This document shows positions 39,101-47,719 of a stretch of DNA of 64,000 nt, in pieces. The notes beneath the pieces were generated by a model that did no database searches, was not told the DNA's origin, and worked only from the letters and a program-made list of their open reading frames with translations. Numbering within the stretch: position 1 is the first letter of the stretch; every line of letters begins with the position of its first letter. The position numbers and the translations under genes are program-made. Source of the DNA: Rickettsiales bacterium (GTDB taxonomy: Bacteria > Pseudomonadota > Alphaproteobacteria > Rickettsiales > JABIRX01); contig JAYOLW010000004.1 of NCBI GenBank assembly GCA_038120515.1, positions 10,605 through 74,604 of the forward strand, in the 5' to 3' direction.

Positions 39101-39516
39101 TGGTTTGAGCTAGTTACCTCAATATATCTTTTTTTATCTAATAAAGAAATATTTATCTCTATTCTATCAAAATTATTAATTTCATCAAACAAATCCGGCC
39201 ATTCGATAATAACAATATTATTAGCGACAAATTCTTCAATAGCCAAGTTTAAAATTTCGTGCTCTGACTCTAACCTATAAAAATCACAATGATAAATCTT
39301 GTAATCCTTTAGATCATAATAATTAACTAAAGAGAATGTAGGACTTGTAACAAGTTCGTTATAACCAAGATTTCTAAGTAAAGATTTTACAAAGGCTGTT
39401 TTACCTGTACCAAGATCTCCTTTTAGATAAATAAGAGGATTATTCTCAAGCAATGGAATGAAAGCTAAAGTAAACTTATCAAGGTCCTCTAAACTAGTAA
39501 TTTCTTTTTTATTCAT
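39058..39516 (-). CDS. tsaE: tRNA threonylcarbamoyladenosine biosynthesis protein TsaE
   Basis: GDLGTGKTAFVKSLL P-loop, SPTFSLVN.Y and HCDFYRL motifs; 152 aa. Confidence 0.9.
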   Translation of the reverse strand: MNKKEITSLEDLDKFTLAFIPLLENNPLIYLKGDLGTGKTAFVKSLLRNLGYNELVTSPTFSLVNYYDLKDYKIYHCDFYRLESEHEILNLAIEEFVANNIVIIEWPDLFDEINNFDRIEINISLLDKKRYIEVTSSNQCKLKLINTIYQGN

Positions 39517-39600
39517 AATTGCTCTTTACAGAAATACTAAATGTTGTTAAAAAATTGGTGTTTTGTTTTTAAAACAATAAATATATGTGAAATATAAAAA

Positions 39601-40485
39601 ATGAAGAACTTTCAACAAGTTACAATTCAAAGACCAATAAAATTCTCTGGAATTGGTATTCACTCTGGTAAAATTAGCAATGTTAAGATTTCTCCGGCTG
39701 AACCCGATTCTGGTATTACCTTCATAAGAACAGATATAGAAAAATCAAAAAACGTAATAAAAGCTAGTTTTGATAATGTAATAAGCACAAAACTTGGCAC
39801 TTCTCTTACAAATAAACATAATGTAAAAGTTTCTACAGTTGAACATTTAATGGCGGGTTTATGGGCAGCTTCAATTGATAATTGTCTTATTGAAATCGAT
39901 AATGAAGAAATTCCTATTTTTGACGGTAGTTGCGAACCTTTTATTTTTATAGTAGAATGCGCAGGTAGAGAACATCAATATAATCTAAAAAAATTTCTTA
40001 AAATTAATAAGAAAATTTCATATGAGGAGATAGATAATGGTCACAAAGTATCCTGCTCTCTTGAACCTGATCGTGGATTTAGTGTAGATTTGTCAATTGA
40101 GTTTGAAAACAAGGTAATTGGCAGTCAAAACTTTAATTTTAGTTATTTAGACAATGATTTTAAAACTTCCATTGCAAGAGCCAGAACTTTTGGTCTTGAG
40201 AAAGAAGTAAAAGCTATGAACGATATGGGACTTGGTCTTGGAGGCTCTTTAGATAACGCAATTGTGGTTGGTGAAAAAGAAATTTTAAACTCAGACGGCC
40301 TTAGATTTGACAATGAATTTGTCCGTCATAAAATTTTAGACTCAGTCGGTGACCTATATTTATCAGGATATCCAATCTTAGGGAAATTTATAGGCTTCAG
40401 ATCCGGTCATACTGCTAATAACAAATTATTAAGAAAAGTTTTTGCTAACAAAGATAGTTATGAAATCATTGAAGTAGTAAATTAA
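39601..40485 (+). CDS. lpxC: UDP-3-O-acyl-N-acetylglucosamine deacetylase
   Basis: GIGIHSG, VSTVEHLMA, EIPI.DGS, HKILD..GDL and GHT.NN motifs; 294 aa. Confidence 0.95.
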   Translation: MKNFQQVTIQRPIKFSGIGIHSGKISNVKISPAEPDSGITFIRTDIEKSKNVIKASFDNVISTKLGTSLTNKHNVKVSTVEHLMAGLWAASIDNCLIEIDNEEIPIFDGSCEPFIFIVECAGREHQYNLKKFLKINKKISYEEIDNGHKVSCSLEPDRGFSVDLSIEFENKVIGSQNFNFSYLDNDFKTSIARARTFGLEKEVKAMNDMGLGLGGSLDNAIVVGEKEILNSDGLRFDNEFVRHKILDSVGDLYLSGYPILGKFIGFRSGHTANNKLLRKVFANKDSYEIIEVVN

Positions 40486-40488
40486 TAA

Positions 40489-41862
40489 TCACACATATTT
40501 AAACTTATGTGAAAAAATCTTTTCTACTTTCTTTAATTGCGACACATAAGAAACAATAATTAAACTATCTCCAGCTTCTATCATAGTATCATCAAGAGGA
40601 ACAACTGTTTTACCTCTTCTTAAAATAGCAATTATATCTATTCCTTCTGGCAATTTTAATTCAGATAATTTTTTGCCAGATGAAAAAGAATTGTCATATG
40701 AGGCAGTTTCGATAATTTCTGCCTGCCCCTCACAAATAGAGAATACATTCCTAGATTTTATATCTCTTGTATATCTTAAGATAGATGATACTGATATTTC
40801 TCTTGGATTAACAATAACATCAATACCTAACGAAGAAAATAATGGAGCAAAAGAAGAAGAGTTAATAAGAGATATAGCTTTTCTACATCCAAACTTTTTA
40901 GCAAGTAAAGCAGATAAAATATTTACCTCGTCATCATTAGTGATAGATATTATCATATCACTATTTTCAATATTAACTTCACGAAGTATTTCTTTCTCTA
41001 AAGCATTACCATTTATAATTGAAATATCTGGAAAATGTCCTGCCAAGAAATGAGCCCTTTCAGTATTAGTTTCAATTATTTTTAAATTAATAGCACTATT
41101 TTGTTGTAAATTTTTAGCTAAACTAAACCCTACTCTTCCTCCACCAACTATACGAATATTTCTTGCTTCTGAATCCTCATGGCCAAGCAAAGACATTACT
41201 TCTTTTATATCTTCATTATCTGCAGCTAAATATATCTCATCATCATGCGTTAAAATAACATCTTTTTTTAAGCTAAATTCTTGATCTCTAAGAAAACCAA
41301 ATATCTTAACCCGTAAATTTTTTGATAACTTCTCATTAGCTTTAGCAATAGTTAAACGATTAACAATTGAATCTTTTGTAAAGCGAACGGATACAACCTT
41401 AGCTCTATCCCCAGAAAAAATAAATGTTTCATTAGCTCCTGGAACTTCTAATCTATTAAAAATAGCTTTAGCTACCTCTTTCTCTGGAGATATAATTAAA
41501 TCAATTGGAAATGTGTCAGTTGAAAAAATACTATCATGATATTTACCAAGATAACTATGATGCCTAATATGCGCAATTTTCTTTTTTACACCAAATAAAT
41601 TTGACGCCAAAAAGCATGTAACCATGTTAACTTCATCAGAATCTGTAACAGCAATTATCATATCAGCTTCATCAGCGCCAGCAGCTCTCAGCATGGATGG
41701 ATGAGATGATAGACCAACAATACAATTTAAATCTAATTTATGTCTGATTTTGTCAAGGATCTCATCACTTGAACCAATAACCGTAACATCATTACCTTCA
41801 TTAACAAGCTGTTCAGCAATACCTGATCCAACTGGACCAGCTCCACAAATTATAACTTTCAT
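40489..41862 (-). CDS. trkA: Trk potassium uptake system protein TrkA
   Basis: Two RCK_N domains (MKVIICGAGPVGSG; IVGGGRVGFSLA) each followed by an RCK_C domain. Start placed at ATG 41862, giving 458 aa. Confidence 0.9.
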   Translation of the reverse strand: MKVIICGAGPVGSGIAEQLVNEGNDVTVIGSSDEILDKIRHKLDLNCIVGLSSHPSMLRAAGADEADMIIAVTDSDEVNMVTCFLASNLFGVKKKIAHIRHHSYLGKYHDSIFSTDTFPIDLIISPEKEVAKAIFNRLEVPGANETFIFSGDRAKVVSVRFTKDSIVNRLTIAKANEKLSKNLRVKIFGFLRDQEFSLKKDVILTHDDEIYLAADNEDIKEVMSLLGHEDSEARNIRIVGGGRVGFSLAKNLQQNSAINLKIIETNTERAHFLAGHFPDISIINGNALEKEILREVNIENSDMIISITNDDEVNILSALLAKKFGCRKAISLINSSSFAPLFSSLGIDVIVNPREISVSSILRYTRDIKSRNVFSICEGQAEIIETASYDNSFSSGKKLSELKLPEGIDIIAILRRGKTVVPLDDTMIEAGDSLIIVSYVSQLKKVEKIFSHKFKYV

Positions 41863-41936
41863 AAATTTAAAATTAGAAGTTTTTATAACAATTCTAATAA
41901 GCAGCTTGATTATTAAAATCAAATTGTATCGTGATT

Positions 41937-42818
41937 TTATTTTGAATCACGCCAACGATTATGAACCCAAAACCACTGACTGGGATCAATATTTATCCAA
42001 TCAGAAACCTTTTGATTAATAGTTGTCATAATCTCAAAAATTTGATCATCTTTATTATTACAGTTTTTAAATTTTAACTGAGGCTCAATCACTAATTCAT
42101 ATCGTAAATTCCCAATTCTCTTTACAAAGATTCCAATCACTGGCAGGTTATATTTTATAGCAATTTGTGCAATTAAGGGAGGTGTGTTAGCTTGTTTACC
42201 CATAAAAGGTACTGAAATTCCTTCATTTAATTTTTGATCAACAAAACTGGCAATTGATATATTGTTTTTTATTCCTTTAATAACATTTGAAGCGCCTCTT
42301 TTTCCCTTCTCATTCATAAAGAAAAAGTCTGATGACCTTGTTTTTACAATAAAATCATTAAGAACTTCATTGTTAGTTTTTCGATATATCATATTTGTTT
42401 TGATTTTATGGCGAGAAAGAAAAGCTGCTATTACTTCCCAATTTGAAAAATGGGCTGAGAAGAAAATCATTGGCTTATTATGCTTTGCCAAATCTAAAAT
42501 ATGTTCAAGTCCAATAATTTTTACATGTTTAAGAAACACCTCCTTCGAACATTTTGAGAAAAACTCAAACTCAGCAAAATTATGACCTAAATTTTTCCAC
42601 ACTCCTTCTACAATATTGTTTTTCTCATTATGTGTAAGTTCTGGATATATCATTGTCAAATTATCATATGCAACCTTACTGGCTTTTAATCTTTTACCCA
42701 CAAATAAAAACAAATTGGCGCAGTAAAGTGACATTATCGAAATAGGAATAAACCTTGTTATAAGAAAAAAAGTTATAACAACATGATATTCTATTTTATA
42801 CCTTAGCTTTTTAATCAT
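41937..42818 (-). CDS. lpxL: lipid A biosynthesis lauroyl/late acyltransferase (LpxL/HtrB family)
   Basis: N-terminal TM helix, HFSNWE catalytic H(x)4E motif, C-terminal P.QW.W.H.RW; 293 aa. Overlaps lpxK. Confidence 0.8.
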   Translation of the reverse strand: MIKKLRYKIEYHVVITFFLITRFIPISIMSLYCANLFLFVGKRLKASKVAYDNLTMIYPELTHNEKNNIVEGVWKNLGHNFAEFEFFSKCSKEVFLKHVKIIGLEHILDLAKHNKPMIFFSAHFSNWEVIAAFLSRHKIKTNMIYRKTNNEVLNDFIVKTRSSDFFFMNEKGKRGASNVIKGIKNNISIASFVDQKLNEGISVPFMGKQANTPPLIAQIAIKYNLPVIGIFVKRIGNLRYELVIEPQLKFKNCNNKDDQIFEIMTTINQKVSDWINIDPSQWFWVHNRWRDSK

Positions 42819-43794
42819 ACTGTATTTTTGTTTTTAAAAATTCTATAAATTGAATTTTATCAATAAATTCAAGCTTCATTTTACAAACATTAATATCTGT
42901 AGAAGCTAACCCATTAATTTTTACAAAATCTTTTTCGGTCGTTATAATTGATAGATTTTTTTCTTTTGCGTATGCAACAATCTTTTCAATATCTTCAATT
43001 TTATAACTGTAATGATCTTTAAAAGACTTATGTTCAACAACATTTACATCATTATCACTTAAAAAGTTAAAAAATTTTTTGTTATTGGCAAGAGCGGAAA
43101 ATGCAAAATAATTTTTGTTAAGATCAATTTTAGAAACTAACTTTGGTGACAATCTAAAAACAGGCTTATTTTTACTTATGCTTTTAATAAAATTTTCCGA
43201 ATCATTTATATGAGAATTTTTGATAATAAAAATGCAATCTGCTTTATTAATGTGCCAACTAATTGTATTTCTAAGAGGACCAGAAGGAAATAATATCTTA
43301 TTACCAAATAAATAACTATCATCAATAATAAGAATATTAAGATTACATGCTATATACGCATTTTGAAATCCATCATCAAGTAAAAGAATTGGTGCAGCAT
43401 CATTCCCCAGAAATTCAATAGCTTTATGCCTTTTTTTAGCAATAAATGTTTCATTATTTGCTGCAAGCAACCTTGCCTCATCTCCTGTATCAATCACAGA
43501 TTGTGTAGTGAGATTAACTTTTTTTGGTCCAATAATTTTACCTTGATAACCCTTTGTTACAAAGCTGTAGGAAATTTTTAGCTCAGATAATACTTCTCCA
43601 ATTGCAATTGCAGAAGGAGTCTTGCCGGCCCCACCCATTGTTGCATTACCTATAACTATAGAAAATTGTTTGAATTTTTTTGGCTTAATTATTTGGTATC
43701 TAAACTTTAAAACTAACCAAAAAATTACAGTCAAAGGCAAAAAAATAAATGTAAATATATTTATTTTACGATAGAAATTTAACATATCATTCAA
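42811..43794 (-). CDS. lpxK: tetraacyldisaccharide 4'-kinase
   Basis: GNATMGGAGKTP P-loop, GDEARLL, LLDDGFQ motifs; 327 aa. Confidence 0.92.
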   Translation of the reverse strand: MNDMLNFYRKINIFTFIFLPLTVIFWLVLKFRYQIIKPKKFKQFSIVIGNATMGGAGKTPSAIAIGEVLSELKISYSFVTKGYQGKIIGPKKVNLTTQSVIDTGDEARLLAANNETFIAKKRHKAIEFLGNDAAPILLLDDGFQNAYIACNLNILIIDDSYLFGNKILFPSGPLRNTISWHINKADCIFIIKNSHINDSENFIKSISKNKPVFRLSPKLVSKIDLNKNYFAFSALANNKKFFNFLSDNDVNVVEHKSFKDHYSYKIEDIEKIVAYAKEKNLSIITTEKDFVKINGLASTDINVCKMKLEFIDKIQFIEFLKTKIQYD

Positions 43795-43868
43795 TTCTAG
43801 AGATTTCTTTATAATTAAAATTATTTAAACATCTTTAATTATTTATAACAAATTTAATTCTATCTTTC

Positions 43869-43897
43869 TTGACAGCTTGATAAATAATCTTTATAAG
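43869..43897 (+). promoter_or_regulatory. sigma70-like promoter of rpmH-rnpA-yidC
   Basis: TTGACA (43869-43874), 17-nt spacer, TATAAG (43892-43897), 25 nt upstream of the rpmH ATG. Confidence 0.5.
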
Positions 43898-43922
43898 ACT
43901 TACTCCAATTTATGTTATAAAA

Positions 43923-44057
43923 ATGAAAAGAACCTTTCAACCATCAAAAATTGTAAGAGCAAGAAGACACGGTTTTAGAGCTAGAATGGCAACAAAAAGC
44001 GGTAGACAAATTCTTGCAAATAGAAGAGCCAAAGGCAGAAAAAGACTTTGCGCTTAA
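43923..44057 (+). CDS. rpmH: 50S ribosomal protein L34
   Basis: Not in the ORF track (44 aa). My translation is [44 protein letters not shown], the canonical L34 sequence, upstream of rnpA as usual. Confidence 0.97.
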   Translation: MKRTFQPSKIVRARRHGFRARMATKSGRQILANRRAKGRKRLCA

Positions 44058-44081
44058 TCTAAACTTGCCAAAAAGCTTTTA

Positions 44082-44453
44082 ATGAATTTTACCCCTGCTC
44101 CATCAATAGCATTTTCGAAAGCTAAAAAGACCAGCAATAAAATTGTTTCAAGACCTTTAGTAATCATTTATCATAAAAATAATTACAATAATATAGCTAA
44201 TGACACCCACTTTATGGGAATAACTATTAGTAAAAAATCGATTAAAAAGGCTGTAGTAAGAAATAAAATCAAAAGGAGAATTAGGGTTATTTTTAAAAAG
44301 TTTATTTTAGAAAACTCATTGCCAAAAATAACAATCATTTTTATTGTTAGAGCCCAAATTTTAAATTTTTCTTTTGCAACTCTTCAAAGTGAAATTATAA
44401 AGAATCTAAAATTAATTGAATCAAAACTTAATAAATCTTGTATAAATGGATGA
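44082..44453 (+). CDS. rnpA: ribonuclease P protein component
   Basis: Basic 123-aa protein with the KAVVRNKIKRRIR RNR-motif, between rpmH and yidC. Confidence 0.88.
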   Translation: MNFTPAPSIAFSKAKKTSNKIVSRPLVIIYHKNNYNNIANDTHFMGITISKKSIKKAVVRNKIKRRIRVIFKKFILENSLPKITIIFIVRAQILNFSFATLQSEIIKNLKLIESKLNKSCING

Positions 44454-46116
44454 TAAAAGAAACCTAATTATTGCTCTAATTCTTTCTGTAGCAGTTATTA
44501 CTTCATGGAATTACTTTGTTGAAAAACCTAAATATGATGAATTTTTAAAACAAAAAGAAATATATGACCAACATCAGTTAGAAGTTCAACAATTAGATAA
44601 AGTTCAAGAGAAATCGAAACAAGAAATAATTAAAGCATCTAATACAAGCCCAAGAATTAATTTTGATAACAATGAAATATCTGGATCATTTAATAGGAAT
44701 CTTGGCTATCTTGATGAACTAACATTAAATAAATATTTAGTAGCAAAAGGTAGCGATGAGAAAGTTCAGATACTTCATAAAAAATATGAAGAAGATTCAT
44801 ATTTTGTCGATTTTGGATATATTACTAAAAACAACATAAACATTAATCAAATTGATTGGATAAGCAGTGAAAAATCTTTTGATAAGAATATTACTTTACA
44901 AAAAACAACTGAAAATTTTGTCTTAGACAGAGAAATATCTATCCTAGACAAATATCTCTTTAAAATAACTGACTCAATTACAAACATTTCTAACTATAAC
45001 CAAGAAATAAAACATTACGGACTTTTAAACCGAGGCTTTCCTTCTGATTCTCAAAGTTTTCTAATTTTACATGAGGGCCCAATCTCTGTTATTAACGATG
45101 AATTACAGGAAGAAACTTTTAAAGATATAAAAAAGCAAGATTTCGAGTACAAATCTATTAATGGATGGACTGGATTTTCTGATAAATATTGGTTAACTGC
45201 TTTAATTCCAAACAAAGAAAAATCATATAATTACAACATATATCATTACCAAAAAAACGATCAAAATGACAGATTTCAAAATGAACTAAGCAGTAATTGG
45301 TATGAGCTAGCCCAAAACCAAACTGAAACATTTGAATATCTTGTTTTTGTTGGCCCTAAAGAATTAGAAATACTTGATAAATATTCTTCCCAATATCAGA
45401 TAAAACTCTTTGATAGAGCTGTAGATTTTGGTGTTTTATATTTTATGACAAAACCAATTTCTAAGGCCCTACATTTTATAAATCAATTTGTTAATAATTT
45501 TGGTGTCACAATTATTATTTTTACAATTTTACTAAGATTACTGCTTTACCCTCTTGCGGATAAATCTTTTAAAGAAATCTACAAAATGAAACAGTTACAA
45601 CCAGAAATCAAAGATTTAAAAGAAAAATATAAAGATAATAGACTAGCTCTAAACAAAGAAATTATGTCACTATACAAAAAATATAGCGTCAAACCTATGG
45701 CAGGCTGCCTCCCCTTACTAATTCAGATCCCAATCTTTTTTGCATTGTACAAAGTATTATTTGTAACAATTGAAATGCGACAAGCTGGTTTTTTTGGCTG
45801 GATTACGGACTTATCTATACCTGATCCAACATCAATTATTAATTTATTTGGTCTGTTACCATTTGATCCATTTTTTAACATAGGGATTTGGCCATGCTTA
45901 ATGGGACTTACAATGATTTTACAACAAAAATTCAACCCTACTCCACAAGATCCAATGCAGGAAACAATGATGAAAATATTACCATATATGTTTACTTTTA
46001 TTTTCGCAACTTTTCCAGCAGGGCTTGTGATATATTGGACATTTAACAATGCGTTATCGATATTACAGCAATATTTTATCAATCGTAAGCATTCTAAAAA
46101 CACGAAAAAGGCTTAA
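44446..46116 (+). CDS. yidC: membrane protein insertase YidC
   Basis: N-terminal TM helix, large periplasmic domain, C-terminal 60-kDa insertase core (LLYPL..KS...M..LQPE...L...YK.......E.M.LYKK..V.P..GCLP.LIQIPIFFALY); 556 aa. Confidence 0.95.
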   Translation: MDDKRNLIIALILSVAVITSWNYFVEKPKYDEFLKQKEIYDQHQLEVQQLDKVQEKSKQEIIKASNTSPRINFDNNEISGSFNRNLGYLDELTLNKYLVAKGSDEKVQILHKKYEEDSYFVDFGYITKNNININQIDWISSEKSFDKNITLQKTTENFVLDREISILDKYLFKITDSITNISNYNQEIKHYGLLNRGFPSDSQSFLILHEGPISVINDELQEETFKDIKKQDFEYKSINGWTGFSDKYWLTALIPNKEKSYNYNIYHYQKNDQNDRFQNELSSNWYELAQNQTETFEYLVFVGPKELEILDKYSSQYQIKLFDRAVDFGVLYFMTKPISKALHFINQFVNNFGVTIIIFTILLRLLLYPLADKSFKEIYKMKQLQPEIKDLKEKYKDNRLALNKEIMSLYKKYSVKPMAGCLPLLIQIPIFFALYKVLFVTIEMRQAGFFGWITDLSIPDPTSIINLFGLLPFDPFFNIGIWPCLMGLTMILQQKFNPTPQDPMQETMMKILPYMFTFIFATFPAGLVIYWTFNNALSILQQYFINRKHSKNTKKA

Positions 46117-46125
46117 GTTTATTTG

Positions 46126-46749
46126 ATGGTCATGTCTTCGAAAAACTTATCAATTTCTGATTTAAAAAAACGTAATTTTAAATTTGAACTATCTGCTAAT
46201 TCTGCTAAGAACTGGCCAAAATTACTACTGCCTGAGTTTGCTTTTATTGGCAGATCAAATGTTGGCAAATCTTCTCTAATAAACAGCTTAACTATTCAAC
46301 ATAATCTTGCCAAAACCTCAAAAACTCCTGGAAGAACCCAAATGATAAATTGTTTTCTTTATAAGGATATTTTTAGATTGGTTGACTTACCAGGATATGG
46401 TTATGCAAAATCACCTAAGCATGAAATTATGAAATGGGCAAATTTTACAGAGGAATATCTTTTACATCGAGAAAATTTAAAAATTTTATTTATTTTAATT
46501 GATTCTAGACATGGACTTAAAGCACATGATTTTGATATGATTAATTTTTGCGCTACCAATGAAATTAACTATCAAATCATTCTAACAAAAATTGATAAAA
46601 CAAAAAAAGTTGATTATCTAAATAAGAAGGATTTAATACAAGAAAATTTAAATAAGGAACTTGGTTATAAAAATGAAATTTTTATGGTAAGCTCTTTTAA
46701 AAATATTGGTCTTGATGATATAAGGTCACTAATAATTAAAAATGTATAA
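46126..46749 (+). CDS. engB: ribosome biogenesis GTP-binding protein YihA/EngB
   Basis: G1 GRSNVGKSSLIN, KTPGRTQ, DLPGYGYA, TKIDK motifs. ATG 46126 preferred to TTG 46123. Confidence 0.92.
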   Translation: MVMSSKNLSISDLKKRNFKFELSANSAKNWPKLLLPEFAFIGRSNVGKSSLINSLTIQHNLAKTSKTPGRTQMINCFLYKDIFRLVDLPGYGYAKSPKHEIMKWANFTEEYLLHRENLKILFILIDSRHGLKAHDFDMINFCATNEINYQIILTKIDKTKKVDYLNKKDLIQENLNKELGYKNEIFMVSSFKNIGLDDIRSLIIKNV

Positions 46750-46751
46750 TT

Positions 46752-47717
46752 ATGGAAGTAATAGATTTAAAAAGCAGAAAAAAAACGAGTAAACCAAATA
46801 CAAGTGATACAAAAGTTAATAACATCACTGAAATAAACTTTATGGATAAAGCCTCGATCTTAGCTGAAGCCCTTCCATATATTCAAAAATTTTCAGGTGA
46901 AGTTTTTGTTATTAAAATTGGTGGAAGCGCCATGGGTGATCCTAAGGTTATTGAGAACTTCGCTCGAGATGTTACTCTACTTAAACAAATAGGTGTAAAT
47001 CCAGTTATAGTCCATGGTGGTGGTACACAAATTGGTGATATGTTGAATAAACTTAAAATAAAAAGTGAGTTTATCGATGGTCTAAGAGTAACTGATAGAC
47101 AAACCGTTGATATTGTTGAGATGGTTTTATCGGGATCAATCAACAAAGAGCTTGTTACTGCTATTAATAAACAAGGAGGTCATGCAATTGGAATTTCTGG
47201 TAAAGATGCAAATTTAATTATTGCGCAAAAGCTACAAAAAACTCATAGAGATTCAGATTCAAACATTGAAAAAATTCTAGACCTTGGTTTCGTAGGTGAG
47301 CCTGTAACTATAAATCCTGAAATTCTATATACACTAGATGAAAGCGATTTAATACCAGTTATTGCTCCTATTGGTATTAGTAAAGATGGCCAAACATACA
47401 ATATAAATGCTGATACAGTGGCTGGAAAAATAGCATCAAGTTTAAACGCATATAAATTAATCGTACTTTCAGATGTTGATGGCATTTACAAAGATGACAA
47501 ATTAATAAACTCTATAAATGTTAATGAAATTCATGATCTCATTAATAAGAAAGTTATATCTGCTGGTATGATACCAAAGACCAAAACTTGCATAGACGCT
47601 CTAGAGAATGGAGTTAACTCTGTGCATATTTTAAATGGAAAAACACCTCACATATTACTTGTAGAAGTATTTACAGAGCATGGTGTTGGAACTATGATAA
47701 AACTTGATGATAGATAA
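46752..47717 (+). CDS. argB: acetylglutamate kinase
   Basis: LAEALPYIQKF.G..FVIKIGG, VHGGG.QI and GFVGEP motifs. The first 30 aa are a non-conserved extension, so the true start may be ATG 46842. Confidence 0.92.
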   Translation: MEVIDLKSRKKTSKPNTSDTKVNNITEINFMDKASILAEALPYIQKFSGEVFVIKIGGSAMGDPKVIENFARDVTLLKQIGVNPVIVHGGGTQIGDMLNKLKIKSEFIDGLRVTDRQTVDIVEMVLSGSINKELVTAINKQGGHAIGISGKDANLIIAQKLQKTHRDSDSNIEKILDLGFVGEPVTINPEILYTLDESDLIPVIAPIGISKDGQTYNINADTVAGKIASSLNAYKLIVLSDVDGIYKDDKLINSINVNEIHDLINKKVISAGMIPKTKTCIDALENGVNSVHILNGKTPHILLVEVFTEHGVGTMIKLDDR

Positions 47718-47719
47718 GT

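Noticed and set aside
40673-41053. More nested ORFs. Examples: 40673-41053, 41750-42019, 42262-42585, 45723-46103, 46883-47146, 47243-47485, 47850-48038, 48732-48926, 50861-51118, 51390-51611, 51886-52269, 52143-52349, 52375-52575, 53895-54098, 56054-56347, 58400-58606, 58533-58715
   Set aside because: Same reasoning. They are antisense or out of frame to trkA, lpxL, yidC, argB, the 668-aa orphan, dapD, dapE, purL and others, and show no independent signals.
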